Positions 19,394 through 29,160 are shown, counted from the stretch's first letter. The stretch: DNA of 54,760 nt from Lachnospiraceae bacterium (GCA_017634355.1 JAGBNO010000025.1:1-54760); one strand, 5' to 3'. A program made the numbers and translations. The notes: generated from the letters alone by a model not told the origin.

Positions 19394-19432
19394 TATACTC
19401 AGTAACGGAACTTAATTCCGCTACTGAGTATA
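19394..19432. repeat. 39-bp palindromic element, TATRCTCAGTAACGG family
   Basis: TATACTCAGTAACGGAA-CTTAA-TTCCGCTACTGAGTATA; related copy at 24977-25015. Confidence 0.7.
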
Positions 19433-19458
19433 ACCAATTCCTCTTTTTCTGTCTATAC

Positions 19459-19825
19459 CTAAAAATCTATTCCGGAATTAACGAAAGGCTCCACAGTCTC
19501 GAAAGCCTCTCTATATTGCCCAGCACAGCCGCATAGTCGGCCTTCGCCTCTATGAGGGCGGTTTCCAGCATATCCTTGAGGGGCGTCCGGATTGTCCTCT
19601 GCCCTCTCCGTCCCCGTATTCTCATAGACGCTGTCCAACCCCTTTAAGGTCTCCGTAACCTCATTAAGAGCCTCTTCGTACTCTGCTATCCTCTGCTCAT
19701 ACTCATCCGCCTGGGCATCAAAAACCCCTGCGAACTCCTGCAGCACTCCTTTAAGCTAATCAGCTAGCCTTTTTCTGAGGGCGTGAACCCTCTGTTGGTG
19801 AGGGTTTGCAGCCTCAGAATTAGTC
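19459..19825 (-). pseudogene. Degraded gene encoding an acidic coiled-coil protein
   Basis: Protein-like frame ...RKRLAD*LKGVLQEFAG...EQRIAEYEEALNE... with an in-frame TAG and an apparent frameshift to LKDMLETALIEAKADY. Confidence 0.4.
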
Positions 19826-20030
19826 TAGTTTATAAGGAAATGACCTACTAGTACCCCGAATAATAATTATTTAGCACATTCACTTGTCTAATCGCACATA
19901 TGCTTCATCAACCTCAATCACCAGTGCCCTCACTGGCTCATTCGGTTTCATCGCATAAATGTTACAAAAAACCACCCTCTTCCTTTGAAAGAAATAAGGG
20001 TGGTTCCTGTCTTCAAAGTTCCTAAGTAGA

Positions 20031-20339
20031 TCAGAACTCAGTCTCGTAAATATGCCCTTCGTCATCCGCTCCGAAAAACGTGCCACAGTTATTGCAGTAG
20101 AAGTAGTCCGTACAAAAGCCGTCGTCGCCTTTGCTTATAATGGTGCCCTTCCTCTTCTTTCCGCAGTTCGGGCATACAATCTTAAGCCCTTCGGAATACC
20201 CCTTCTTGCTTATGAAGCCACCTGCTACTTCCTCAAGGGCATCATCCTCTAGTTTTTCTGCCCTTTCGAATACACGCTCCGTCTTCTTGAATTCCTTTCC
20301 ATCAAGTTCAGGAGACAGGTTATTTTTCCCGTCTGACAT
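20031..20339 (-). CDS. Double-glycine-leader protein with Cys-rich (CxxC...CxxC) core
   Basis: KLEDDALEEVAGG leader, then CPNC...CNNC. Confidence 0.7.
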   Translation of the reverse strand: MSDGKNNLSPELDGKEFKKTERVFERAEKLEDDALEEVAGGFISKKGYSEGLKIVCPNCGKKRKGTIISKGDDGFCTDYFYCNNCGTFFGADDEGHIYETEF

Positions 20340-21382
20340 AGCGCATTCTCATCCAGGAAAATCACGCCCAGGCGTCTGCCCTCACTTGTAACCCTCCTGA
20401 AAAGCCTGGAAGCAAGATGGTAGTAGCCCAATCGGTTGCAAAGACCTGTAAGGCTGTCCCTCATAGATATTCCTGACAGCATCTGGTTTAAATACTCCAG
20501 CTTTTTCCCCGCAAAGAAACCTCTCATGGCCATGGTGAGGGTATTTACTATGGGGGCTATATTTCCCGTATGCAGGATCTCTTCACAGTCCCGTATCACT
20601 ATGTAGCCCACAGACGCATCCATGAAGTGAATGGGCGCAAAAAGAAAGTCCCTGCCCGCTTTATCGGAATCGAATGTTGGAAAAAGGCCTTGTATGGTCT
20701 TTTTGGGAAAGGTCATGCCTATCCCCTCCTCCCAGAAAAAGACCAGCTCCATTGATTCGGGGTAACCCTCCGTCATCAGGCCCTCATTGGTACTTTTTGC
20801 CTGTCCGGAATCCTGGTCAAAGGATATCTGGTTCCCATATTCATAGAGCTCCTTGTCCAGCACCAGATACAAGCCCCTGCATTGCATGGCGGGAATGCAG
20901 GGCTCCAGCGCAAGGCACATCTCCTCTATGGTCTCACAGCCAGGGAGCTTATACTGTATGGCGAAATCGGACAGCCCAAGTTCTCCATGCAGATACTCTA
21001 TTACAGAGGTCATTGCGGCATAGTTGTCAATTCCTACATAATAGAAATCGGCCAATTTGTTCGCAAGGGAAATTACAGGTTTTCCGGAGGCCGCGGCCGT
21101 ACGGATGACATAGCTTGCGCCCTTGGCTCCATAGAGGTTCTCATTAGTGTTATAGAAATTATTTATATCCAGGATAATGGCATCAAAATCACTGAAATCG
21201 GGCAGATGGTAGATATTATATTCCCCGCAGTTATGGGCAGCATCATATTCCCCAAGCCCTGAGCTACGGATGACGTATATGTTTATGGGGGCTCCGGCTT
21301 TTTTTATGGCATTCATGAAACCGGCAATCCTGGCATAGGTAAAGTTCGTTTTGCCGTAAAACAATCCTATTGAAGCAAACAA
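20340..21382 (-). pseudogene. Truncated sugar-binding-domain/GGDEF diguanylate cyclase
   Basis: LacI-type ligand-binding N-terminus (YVGIDNYAAM); GGDEF domain starts (RDSLTGLCNRLG...VIFLD) and breaks off before the GGDEF motif. Confidence 0.7.
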
Positions 21383-21427
21383 TCAATACCCTATTGAGTT
21401 TGATGAAAGAAAAAATGTATAATTATC

Positions 21428-21501
21428 GTAACTATTCAGCACCTTCACGCCTCGGAATGCTCCGCATTCCTCGGTGTGGGCGGTCAGAGGCGCTCCGCGC
21501 C
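21428..21501. repeat. Partial copy of the 2479-2643 element
   Basis: 21432-21501 matches 2483-2552 at 67 of 70 positions. Confidence 0.85.
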
Positions 21502-21571
21502 AGCTGATCTTGCTATAAATTAATCTATAAGAGCCATGAATGTCAAGATTGGGACTATGTGAAAGCTGGCA

Positions 21572-22495
21572 ATGTCAATGCAAGGACTTTTCTATTTGCT
21601 GAGAAGGGAATTCATCTACATCTGGTACTATTTTGAGCTGCAGCTATATCAGATTTTCTGGTACTGGGTACTGGGAATGGCAATAGGCTCATTTGTTTCA
21701 GTTTTTGCAAAAGACAGGATACATAAGCTGTTTTCAGGAATGCAGGAAAAGCAGTGGGGCTTATTAGGCATTATACCGGCCTGTCTTTTAGGGATTGCAT
21801 CCCCTCTGTGCATGTACGGCACTATACCTATAGCCGCCTCTTTCCGCAGGAGCGGCATGAGGGAGGACTGGATATCAGCCTTTATGATGGCGTCTATACT
21901 CTTAAATCCCCAGCTTATCATATACAGTGCCGCACTGGGGATAAAGGCACTGGCAGTACGCATTGCCTGCTGCTTTTTCTGCGGGCTCGCCGCAGGGCTA
22001 TTGGTATTCTTTTTCTATAGGAATAAGGATTTTTTCAATTTCGATGGCTTTGAAGCACCGGGGAGCAGGGATAAGCATCCCAATCTTTTCATACGCTATC
22101 TATTGAATTTCTGGAGAAACCTAAAAGCGACAGGCTTATATTTTTTGCTTGGCATATTATTGTCCGCACTATTTCAGAGGTATGCTTCACAGAGAATGAT
22201 GGCCGACATTTTCGGGGGCAATAGTGCCTTTGGCATACTCATGATGGCGACGCTGGGAGTGCCCCTCTATGCCTGCGGGGGCGGCACCATCCCCATTCTG
22301 CAGGAGTGGCTTTTAAATGGCATGAGCCTGGGGTCTGCGGCCGCCTTCATGATAACAGGCCCTGCCACAAAAATAACGAATCTCGGCGCACTGAAGATAG
22401 CCATGGGCTGGAAGCGCTTTATGCTATACATTATATTTGTAATGATTTTCGCTTTTATTTCCGGAACTCTGGTAAATATGTGCCTGCGGCCCTGA
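21572..22495 (+). CDS. Permease, DUF318/ArsP family
   Basis: SPLCMYGTIP, PLYACGGG, AFMITGPAT and multiple TM helices. Confidence 0.85.
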   Translation: MSMQGLFYLLRREFIYIWYYFELQLYQIFWYWVLGMAIGSFVSVFAKDRIHKLFSGMQEKQWGLLGIIPACLLGIASPLCMYGTIPIAASFRRSGMREDWISAFMMASILLNPQLIIYSAALGIKALAVRIACCFFCGLAAGLLVFFFYRNKDFFNFDGFEAPGSRDKHPNLFIRYLLNFWRNLKATGLYFLLGILLSALFQRYASQRMMADIFGGNSAFGILMMATLGVPLYACGGGTIPILQEWLLNGMSLGSAAAFMITGPATKITNLGALKIAMGWKRFMLYIIFVMIFAFISGTLVNMCLRP

Positions 22496-22504
22496 TTAGC
22501 TTCC

Positions 22505-23017
22505 TCACTCTTCTTCCCCGAACAGTATGCCTGTAAAGCCATTTATTACTCTCTCGGTATCTTTGCTGTTTGTGCCAAAAGCGTCCCTGAAAATATTGTC
22601 CATTTCTTCATAGAAGCCTGTCAGAACATGATCTGCAAACTCTGCCTTAAGGCTTTCCTCATTTTTACCCTTTCCTGCATTTTCAGACTTGAACTCATCA
22701 TAGTTTTTAGAAAGGTAATTATGCCAGGAAGGCCCAAGGAGCCTGCAGCTATAATTGTCGTCAAATTCCTTGAGATCCGAAGGGACATCCACAGGGATAT
22801 CCATATAATAATGCTTTATAAGAGCTCTGGTTTCTTTATGATATTTATTCAGTTCGGCAATCTTATCATCATCCAGTGCGTCTATGTCGGCAAAGTATCT
22901 CTCATACAGAAACATGTATCTGGTATAAATACTTCTGAGGATTGTCGACATTTCTTCTGCCGCCGGTGTTTCTTGGTGAATGATCTCATCAATTCTTTCA
23001 TTGCTTAATTCTATCAT
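22505..23017 (-). CDS. Hypothetical protein
   Basis: RBS AGAGGAGG; 170 aa acidic ORF. Confidence 0.7.
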   Translation of the reverse strand: MIELSNERIDEIIHQETPAAEEMSTILRSIYTRYMFLYERYFADIDALDDDKIAELNKYHKETRALIKHYYMDIPVDVPSDLKEFDDNYSCRLLGPSWHNYLSKNYDEFKSENAGKGKNEESLKAEFADHVLTGFYEEMDNIFRDAFGTNSKDTERVINGFTGILFGEEE

Positions 23018-23089
23018 AGCTCCTCCTCTAAATTTAATCATTTGACTTATCTGCTTCCCTATAGCCGCACCAGAAAGCCCCTCCGCAGC

Positions 23090-23112
23090 AAGGCCCTGTA
23101 CAGAAATAACTT
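23090..23112 (+). repeat. IS-end-like motif CTGTWCAGAAATAACTT, copy 1
   Basis: Also at 24031-24047 (inverted), 45804-45820 and 48017-48033. Confidence 0.65.
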
Positions 23113-23192
23113 CATAATATGCTTGTTTTTTTCTTCAATCCCGCAGTGCAAGATTCGGTTACATTAAGGCTCTTCAAAAAGCAAGACTTTTA

Positions 23193-23849
23193 TCACTGTT
23201 CCTGAATTGTTTCATTTACTTCTTTTTCAATCTCAGAATATAGCTTATCCGCATCGCTCTCTGTAAAATCCGGTTCTTTATAGCTGTCAGAAAAAACTAC
23301 TTTTACGCTCGCAAGCCGTCCTGCAAGCACCCTATCGCGGCGAAGGTCATGCCCAGTCAGGAAAATATAGTCACAGAGAGTATCGCCCATAAACCAGAAT
23401 AATATAAAAAACAGCTCCCGCGGCTCTTCCGCCAAAACTTGTGTCATCCAAAGCAGCACTCCTGAAATGAGCAGTCCGAAAAACATACCGACAAATATCC
23501 TCGTATGTCTTTTTTCTTCAATTTCTACAGCTCCAAGGTCATAGGCGAAATCATCCTTAATAACAAACTCAATGCGCTCTTTTTCCTCTTTCGACAGACA
23601 GTCCCCAATTATGTTCACAACAAGCGGATACTCAGGCGGAGCTATTTCCGCAGAAGATTTGAGATAATCAACAAATTCAGGATTCAGGGATTCAAACCCC
23701 TTTGCACTATATGAGCTTATCACATCGTTATAGTGTTGAATCTGACAAGGCACTGACACTATGCCATTCCGTATATAGTCCCGCTTTATACGGTGAGCTA
23801 GATTTGCCCTTCTTGCTTCAAACAGCTTGACAATTTTGTGCTTAATCAT
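23193..23849 (-). CDS. Hypothetical membrane protein (2 TM)
   Basis: 218 aa, RBS AAAGGAAG, two hydrophobic segments. Confidence 0.75.
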   Translation of the reverse strand: MIKHKIVKLFEARRANLAHRIKRDYIRNGIVSVPCQIQHYNDVISSYSAKGFESLNPEFVDYLKSSAEIAPPEYPLVVNIIGDCLSKEEKERIEFVIKDDFAYDLGAVEIEEKRHTRIFVGMFFGLLISGVLLWMTQVLAEEPRELFFILFWFMGDTLCDYIFLTGHDLRRDRVLAGRLASVKVVFSDSYKEPDFTESDADKLYSEIEKEVNETIQEQ

Positions 23850-24029
23850 GGTATCTTCCTTTCAGTCGTCGATATTACCGACTTCCTTGCCGCCATAGGC
23901 GCAGTTTATGCCTGCCATGGCCATGCACGGAATATTCTATCAAATGGCAGATGATATTACAATTATCATTATCTTACTATGTAACTGATTTTTGGGCGAT
24001 GCTATCGGAGAAAAAGACAGGCAGAATCC

Positions 24030-24053
24030 TAAGTTATTTCTGAACAGATCCTT
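24030..24053 (-). repeat. IS-end-like motif, copy 2 (inverted)
   Basis: Reverse complement of 24030-24052 is identical to 48012-48034 (23 bp). Confidence 0.7.
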
Positions 24054-24088
24054 ACGCCTATCACGGTTTTGAAAGCTGCAGAAAGGGC

Positions 24089-24117
24089 TTGAATGATTTC
24101 TTAATTACAGTTATTAT
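24089..24117 (+). promoter_or_regulatory. Putative sigma-A promoter of dfx
   Basis: TTGAAT-17 nt-TATTAT. Confidence 0.5.
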
Positions 24118-24202
24118 GAACATATATGAACAGGGCTCCCTGCAAGCTTATGGGCCCTGACGCAACAGTTCAAAAAGAAATACAATGAATTAGGAGGGAT
24201 TT

Positions 24203-24586
24203 ATGGCTAAGACAAGATTTTTCCGCTGCAAGAAATGTGGCAATTTTATTACCTTCATAGGTGAAAAGACCGCCTGCACCCCTAAGTGCTGCGGCGAAGA
24301 GATGGCAGAGCTTACTGCAAATACCACTGATGCCGCAAAAGAGAAGCACGTGCCTGATGTGACCATAGATGGCGACAAGGTCACAGTACAGGTAGGCTCC
24401 ACCGCACACCCTATGCAGGAGGAGCACCACATACAGTTTATCTGCCTGGAAACAGAAAGAGGCGTATCTTTCCGCTACTTAAAGCCGGGTGAAGAGCCAA
24501 AGGCAGAATTTTTGCTGAACGGCGAAAAAGCTGTCGCTGTGTATGAGTACTGCAACCTCCACGGGCTTTGGGTAAAAGAGATCTAA
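24203..24586 (+). CDS. dfx: Desulfoferrodoxin / superoxide reductase
   Basis: CxxCGN...CCG, EKHVP, HPM...HHI, YCNLHGLW. Confidence 0.95.
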   Translation: MAKTRFFRCKKCGNFITFIGEKTACTPKCCGEEMAELTANTTDAAKEKHVPDVTIDGDKVTVQVGSTAHPMQEEHHIQFICLETERGVSFRYLKPGEEPKAEFLLNGEKAVAVYEYCNLHGLWVKEI

Positions 24587-24605
24587 AGGAATAGTATACA
24601 GAGCT

Positions 24606-24971
24606 ATGTACGAATCAGGGGAAGACTATATAGAGACCATCTACCTTCTAAAGAAGCGAAACGGTACAGTCCGTTCCATAGATGTGGCAAGGGAGCTGGG
24701 CTTCAGCAGGCCAAGCGTATCACGGGCAGTTAGCATCCTTAAAAAAGACGGCTATCTGGAAATGGATGCGGCCGGGGATCTGGAGCTTACGGATAAGGGC
24801 AGAAAAAAGGCCACTGAGGTCTATGACAGGCATAAGACCCTGACACGCTTTCTCATGGCTACCGCAGAAGTGTCTGAAAATGTGGCCGAAACAGATGCCT
24901 GCCGCATAGAACACATTATAAGCCCCGCGACCTTCAAGGGCATAAAGAAATACGTGAAGTCCATCGAATAG
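24606..24971 (+). CDS. DtxR/MntR family metal-dependent transcriptional regulator
   Basis: EDYIETIY, VRSIDVA..LG.SRPSVS, DACRIEH. Confidence 0.93.
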   Translation: MYESGEDYIETIYLLKKRNGTVRSIDVARELGFSRPSVSRAVSILKKDGYLEMDAAGDLELTDKGRKKATEVYDRHKTLTRFLMATAEVSENVAETDACRIEHIISPATFKGIKKYVKSIE

Positions 24972-24976
24972 AAAGA

Positions 24977-25015
24977 TTATGCTCAGTAACGGGAATTTCC
25001 GTTACTAAAGCATAA
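24977..25015. repeat. Palindromic element, TATRCTCAGTAACGG family, copy 2
   Basis: TTATGCTCAGTAACGG-GAATTT-CCGTTACTAAAGCATAA. Confidence 0.65.
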
Positions 25016-25056
25016 CTCCCTTGATAGAGCCTGCGGGCCTCCAAAGGCCACACGAG

Positions 25057-25095
25057 AAAACCGCCCCGAGCCAAACGCCCGGGGCGGTTTTTTTT
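25057..25095. terminator. Bidirectional intrinsic terminator
   Basis: AAAACCGCCCCG...CGGGGCGGTTTTTTTT between convergent genes. Confidence 0.85.
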
Positions 25096-26725
25096 ACCAA
25101 ATATTCCCAAATATGCTGCCAAAGTCGTACGGTGAGATCGGCGCGCCGCCATTTCCGTCTGCCCCCGGCGTCCTGCCGCCTTCCTCCGGGGCAGCTTCTT
25201 CTTCATCGCCGTTACTTCCCTGCTTCTCCTCTCTGCCTGAAGAGTTCTCCGCCCTGTCCTGCAGCGTCACAGAAATCGTTTTTTCATCGTAGCCATAGTC
25301 ATTCTCCCTGGGAGACTGCACCACTACATCTACTTTCTGCCCAGCCTCGTAATAGGACATTAAATCCTGCAGCTGCGAAATAGTCTGCACGGTCTGGCCA
25401 TCGAATTTTGTAATGATATCCCCTCTTTTTAGTCCTGCGCTATCTGCGGCCAGCCCCTCAGAAGCCTGGGCTATGTAGACTCCCCTGGGCATATTGTACC
25501 GCTCTGAAACCTCTGCCGTCACGTCCACCCCTGATATGCCAAGGTAGCCCCGCTTGTCCTCAGCCGCCTTTGCCTTTGTTTTATTATTCATGAACTCATC
25601 AATTATTGGCTTTACGGAAGAAATCGGTATCGCATAGCCCATGCCCTCTATGACGCTGGAAGAGCGCTTCGCCTCATTTATGCCTATCACATTTCCATTT
25701 ATGTCCAGAAGGGCTCCGCCGGAATTTCCGGGATTTATGGCCGCATCCGTCTGTATCAGCTTATGTGTGCCATTCTCCAGGGTAAAGTCCCTGTTTAATG
25801 CGCTGACCACGCCTACCGTGACCGACTGTCCATAGCCCAGGGCATTTCCAATGGCGATGGCAGTCTGCCCAACCTTCAGCTTATCCGAATCGCCAAGTGT
25901 GGCTATTTTTATGGCATCCAAGGTCTCCTTGGGAAGATCCGCTTTCGTCACTGCTATGACGGCTATATCTGCATCCTCGTCCTCTCCCTTTACCTGGGCC
26001 TTGGCCTCAGAGCCGTCTATGAACTGCACTCCCAGCTCATTGGCATCTGAGATCACATGCTCATTTGTGGCAATAAGGAGCTCGTCTCCATTGTCCCCTA
26101 CTATGAAACCGGAGCCGGCGGCCTGTGCGTTCTGGCTATAGGACTGTCCCCAGAAGTCCCTAGTGGTCATAGTGTAATCATTGGTAATAGCAACTACGGC
26201 CGGCATGACATTCTCTGCGACGGTGGCCACATCGCCACCGGTATTTACGGTCGCCGAAGGCGAGGCCGTGACCGTGAGTATCCTGTCCTCCCCCGGAACC
26301 GCATTTGCGCTTATCCCTGCCTCCGTACCCTCATTGATTATCTCAATTTTCTGCGTATTGGCGGCCTGATTAGTACGGGTGGCGCCTGCTATAAGGTTCA
26401 CGAGCAGAAGCCCCGTTCCCGCAAAAGCCCCGAAAAGGAGCCCTAAACCAACCGCAACCAGGGCTTTCCTGCCAAAACCGCCCTTTTTCTTACGCCCCGC
26501 GGGCTCTTCCGGGATGTGGGCATTGGTGAAGCGGTAATCGCTGTAGCGGTTTGCGCTCCCGCTGCCTGAGCTGCCTACATTAGGATATGGGCTGTAGGGC
26601 TCATAACCCCTGTCCTGCCCTGCATTTTCCGGAGGAACATCCCCGGAGTTTGTTACTCTGTCACTAGTAGATGTGACATCAATTATATCTTTCTTATTTG
26701 TGTCATTTCCATATTCACTATTCAT
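25094..26725 (-). CDS. htrA: HtrA/DegP-like serine protease with PDZ domain
   Basis: TNEHV, DIAV, IQTDAAINPGNSGG, PDZ domain, N-terminal TM helix. Confidence 0.93.
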   Translation of the reverse strand: MNSEYGNDTNKKDIIDVTSTSDRVTNSGDVPPENAGQDRGYEPYSPYPNVGSSGSGSANRYSDYRFTNAHIPEEPAGRKKKGGFGRKALVAVGLGLLFGAFAGTGLLLVNLIAGATRTNQAANTQKIEIINEGTEAGISANAVPGEDRILTVTASPSATVNTGGDVATVAENVMPAVVAITNDYTMTTRDFWGQSYSQNAQAAGSGFIVGDNGDELLIATNEHVISDANELGVQFIDGSEAKAQVKGEDEDADIAVIAVTKADLPKETLDAIKIATLGDSDKLKVGQTAIAIGNALGYGQSVTVGVVSALNRDFTLENGTHKLIQTDAAINPGNSGGALLDINGNVIGINEAKRSSSVIEGMGYAIPISSVKPIIDEFMNNKTKAKAAEDKRGYLGISGVDVTAEVSERYNMPRGVYIAQASEGLAADSAGLKRGDIITKFDGQTVQTISQLQDLMSYYEAGQKVDVVVQSPRENDYGYDEKTISVTLQDRAENSSGREEKQGSNGDEEEAAPEEGGRTPGADGNGGAPISPYDFGSIFGNIW

Positions 26726-27146
26726 AATCAGCCTCCTCGCATTCCATGCTTATGCTTTTCCAATCCTTCAGCCGTCTAAGTATGCCGTAAATTCATCCGT
26801 ACTTTTTGCGGCCGCTTCTGGTACGGATCCTAATTCCCTTGCTTCCCGTCGGCTGCATTGCATATATTAACCTCATTATGTGTTCATTTTGTGTTTTTAC
26901 AGTTAGGGTTTTGTGAAAAAATGCCAGGAACTGTTCAAAAATTACTTTCACAGATGACGCAGGACAAAAGACCTTATACAAAGAGGAAGCTGCGGCCATT
27001 ATCAATATCTTGAAATATGCCTACAAGATATGGTATAGTAAGGCTAACTATGTGTTGCGGCAGGGAATTTCCCTTGAGAGCAACGGAAAGGATCCTTAGC
27101 GTCCTGAGCCTCTATAGGCCCGGACTTAAGCCATAGAGAATTCAAA

Positions 27147-28049
27147 ATGCGACAGCTCAAAGTATTGGGTGTCAGTTTCAAAGATTATTCCGTCAGGGAA
27201 TCCATGCGGCGGATCAACCTTTTCCTGAATAATGACATCTGCAATACCATAGATTTCATAACCCACGATGTGCTATTAAAGGCCTCAAATTCCGAAGAAC
27301 TGAAAAACCAGCTTGAGGAAATGGACCTGGCCGTATGCACATCGTCAGACATACTGCAGGCCGGCAATGTGCAGAGCCACGGTCGGGAAAAGGAGATCGA
27401 GAACAATACTCTCCTCAAATATATATTGCGCAAGTTTTCCAAAGAAAAGCGCAGGCTCTTTCTCATAGCCCAAAGTCCGGATCAGATGGACAAGTTCAGG
27501 TCATCATTGGATACGCTTCAGAGCGGGCTGAATGTTGTAGGCAGCATTTCCTGCAGCGATGTGGTCGGGGGGGACGACACAATAGTGAACGAGGTCAACA
27601 GCTGCCTGCCGGATGCTGTGTTCTTAAAACTCCCCTCACCTGCTGCGGAGAATTTTATCTGCATAAATAAAAAGAAACTGAATACACAGATGGTTTTTGC
27701 CCTGCGGGATATCAATCTCAAGGTCACAGAGCATGGAAAGGTCAGGAAAGGCGACATTAAGGATTTCTTCATCAGGCACTTTTTCCGCAGTGCCGCATTA
27801 AAATATACCCGTGAGGAGAAAGCAGGAAAGACAGTACCTCTAGAGGATGCGCCTATAGTAGTTACTCCCAACAGCGAACCTGTCATAGTAGCGAAGGAAA
27901 TACCGTCTCCGGTTCAGGATGAACCTGCCTCATCAGATGCATCTAATGCGGGGGACGGCGACAATGAGCTGCACACAGAGGAGCAAAAATCCGAAAAAGG
28001 TGCTGAAATCATACGTTTCGAAGACCATGTCAATAAGCACAGCCGTTGA
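27147..28049 (+). CDS. WecB/TagA/CpsF family glycosyltransferase-like protein (divergent)
   Basis: N-terminal VLGV.F, overall layout and 'IVNEVN...PD.VF..L.SP..E.FI' segment; acidic tail. Confidence 0.65.
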   Translation: MRQLKVLGVSFKDYSVRESMRRINLFLNNDICNTIDFITHDVLLKASNSEELKNQLEEMDLAVCTSSDILQAGNVQSHGREKEIENNTLLKYILRKFSKEKRRLFLIAQSPDQMDKFRSSLDTLQSGLNVVGSISCSDVVGGDDTIVNEVNSCLPDAVFLKLPSPAAENFICINKKKLNTQMVFALRDINLKVTEHGKVRKGDIKDFFIRHFFRSAALKYTREEKAGKTVPLEDAPIVVTPNSEPVIVAKEIPSPVQDEPASSDASNAGDGDNELHTEEQKSEKGAEIIRFEDHVNKHSR

Positions 28050-28071
28050 CAATTAAAGGGGGAACAGACCT

Positions 28072-29160
28072 ATGATTTCCAATCAGATACTCCAGAGCAC
28101 AGTGGATGGCTTAAAAAGCATATCCCGCATAGACTTTAGCATTATGGATACAGAGGGGGAAAGCCTCGCCTTCACATCCAATGATATTGCGGTTCCAAAT
28201 GCGGAGCTAAAGTCTTTTATCTCATCCTCTGCCGACAGCCAGCAGGTCCAGGATCTTCAGTTTTTCAAAATATACGAAGACAGCGGGCAGCTCGAATATG
28301 TGCTCATTGCCTCTGGGGGGGATGATGCCCACATGGTTGGAAGGATGGCTGTGTTCCAGATACAGAGCCTTCTGGAAGCCTACAAGGACCGTTTCGACAA
28401 AGACGATTTCATAAAGACCCTGCTCCTCGACAACCTTCTCTTAGTGGACATCCACAACCGCGCAAAGAAGCTGCATATACAGACAAACCTGCCCAGAGCT
28501 GTATTTCTCATAGAGAATGAGTCCAATAAGAATTCCCTTGCCCTGGATATCCTGAAAGGCTTAAGCAATGTGGGCAACACTGATTTTATTACGGCGGTAG
28601 ATGAGCAGAATGTCATCATAGTCCACGAGCTCAAAACTTCTGACAGCGCATCGGAACTCAAACAGTTTGCCAAAGGCCTGCTGCCCCACCTGGAGAAGGG
28701 CGGCTTAAGGAACAGCCGCATCTCATACGGCACGGTAATAGATGAGATAAAGGATGTGAGCAGGTCCTACAAAGAGGCAAAAATGGCCTTAGACGTAGGC
28801 AAGATATTCTTTGAAGAGAGAAATGTGATAGCATACGGTTCGCTGGGCATAGGCCGGCTTATATACCAGCTGCCCATAAACCTCTGCGAGATGTTCATCC
28901 GCGAGGTTTTCCAAGGGAAGGTCCTTGAGGATTTCGATGAAGAGCTCCTTGCCACTGTCAATAAGTTTTTTGAATATTCACTCAACGTCTCAGAAACCAG
29001 CAGGCAGCTCTACATTCACAGGAATACCCTGGTGTATAGGCTGGACAAATTGCAGAAAACCACAGGGCTGGACCTAAAGGTATTCGAAGATGCCATCACA
29101 TTTAAGATTGCCCTCATGGTGGCAAAGTATATGAAATATAAGGAGACCGTCCAATTCTGA
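28072..29160 (+). CDS. CdaR/PucR family transcriptional regulator
   Basis: C-terminal HTH LNVSETSRQLYIHRNTLVYRLDK. Confidence 0.92.
   Translation: MISNQILQSTVDGLKSISRIDFSIMDTEGESLAFTSNDIAVPNAELKSFISSSADSQQVQDLQFFKIYEDSGQLEYVLIASGGDDAHMVGRMAVFQIQSLLEAYKDRFDKDDFIKTLLLDNLLLVDIHNRAKKLHIQTNLPRAVFLIENESNKNSLALDILKGLSNVGNTDFITAVDEQNVIIVHELKTSDSASELKQFAKGLLPHLEKGGLRNSRISYGTVIDEIKDVSRSYKEAKMALDVGKIFFEERNVIAYGSLGIGRLIYQLPINLCEMFIREVFQGKVLEDFDEELLATVNKFFEYSLNVSETSRQLYIHRNTLVYRLDKLQKTTGLDLKVFEDAITFKIALMVAKYMKYKETVQF

Noticed and set aside
18202-19536. 444-aa plus-strand ORF
   Set aside because: Antisense to cpaF, Ser/Ile-rich, with no recognisable motifs
19771-19819. Hairpin considered as a c-di-GMP riboswitch
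   Set aside because: Lacks the GEMM consensus elements and lies within degraded coding sequence
23951-23973. Fur/PerR box upstream of dfx
   Set aside because: Only a partial match in AT-rich DNA, and over 100 bp from the putative dfx promoter
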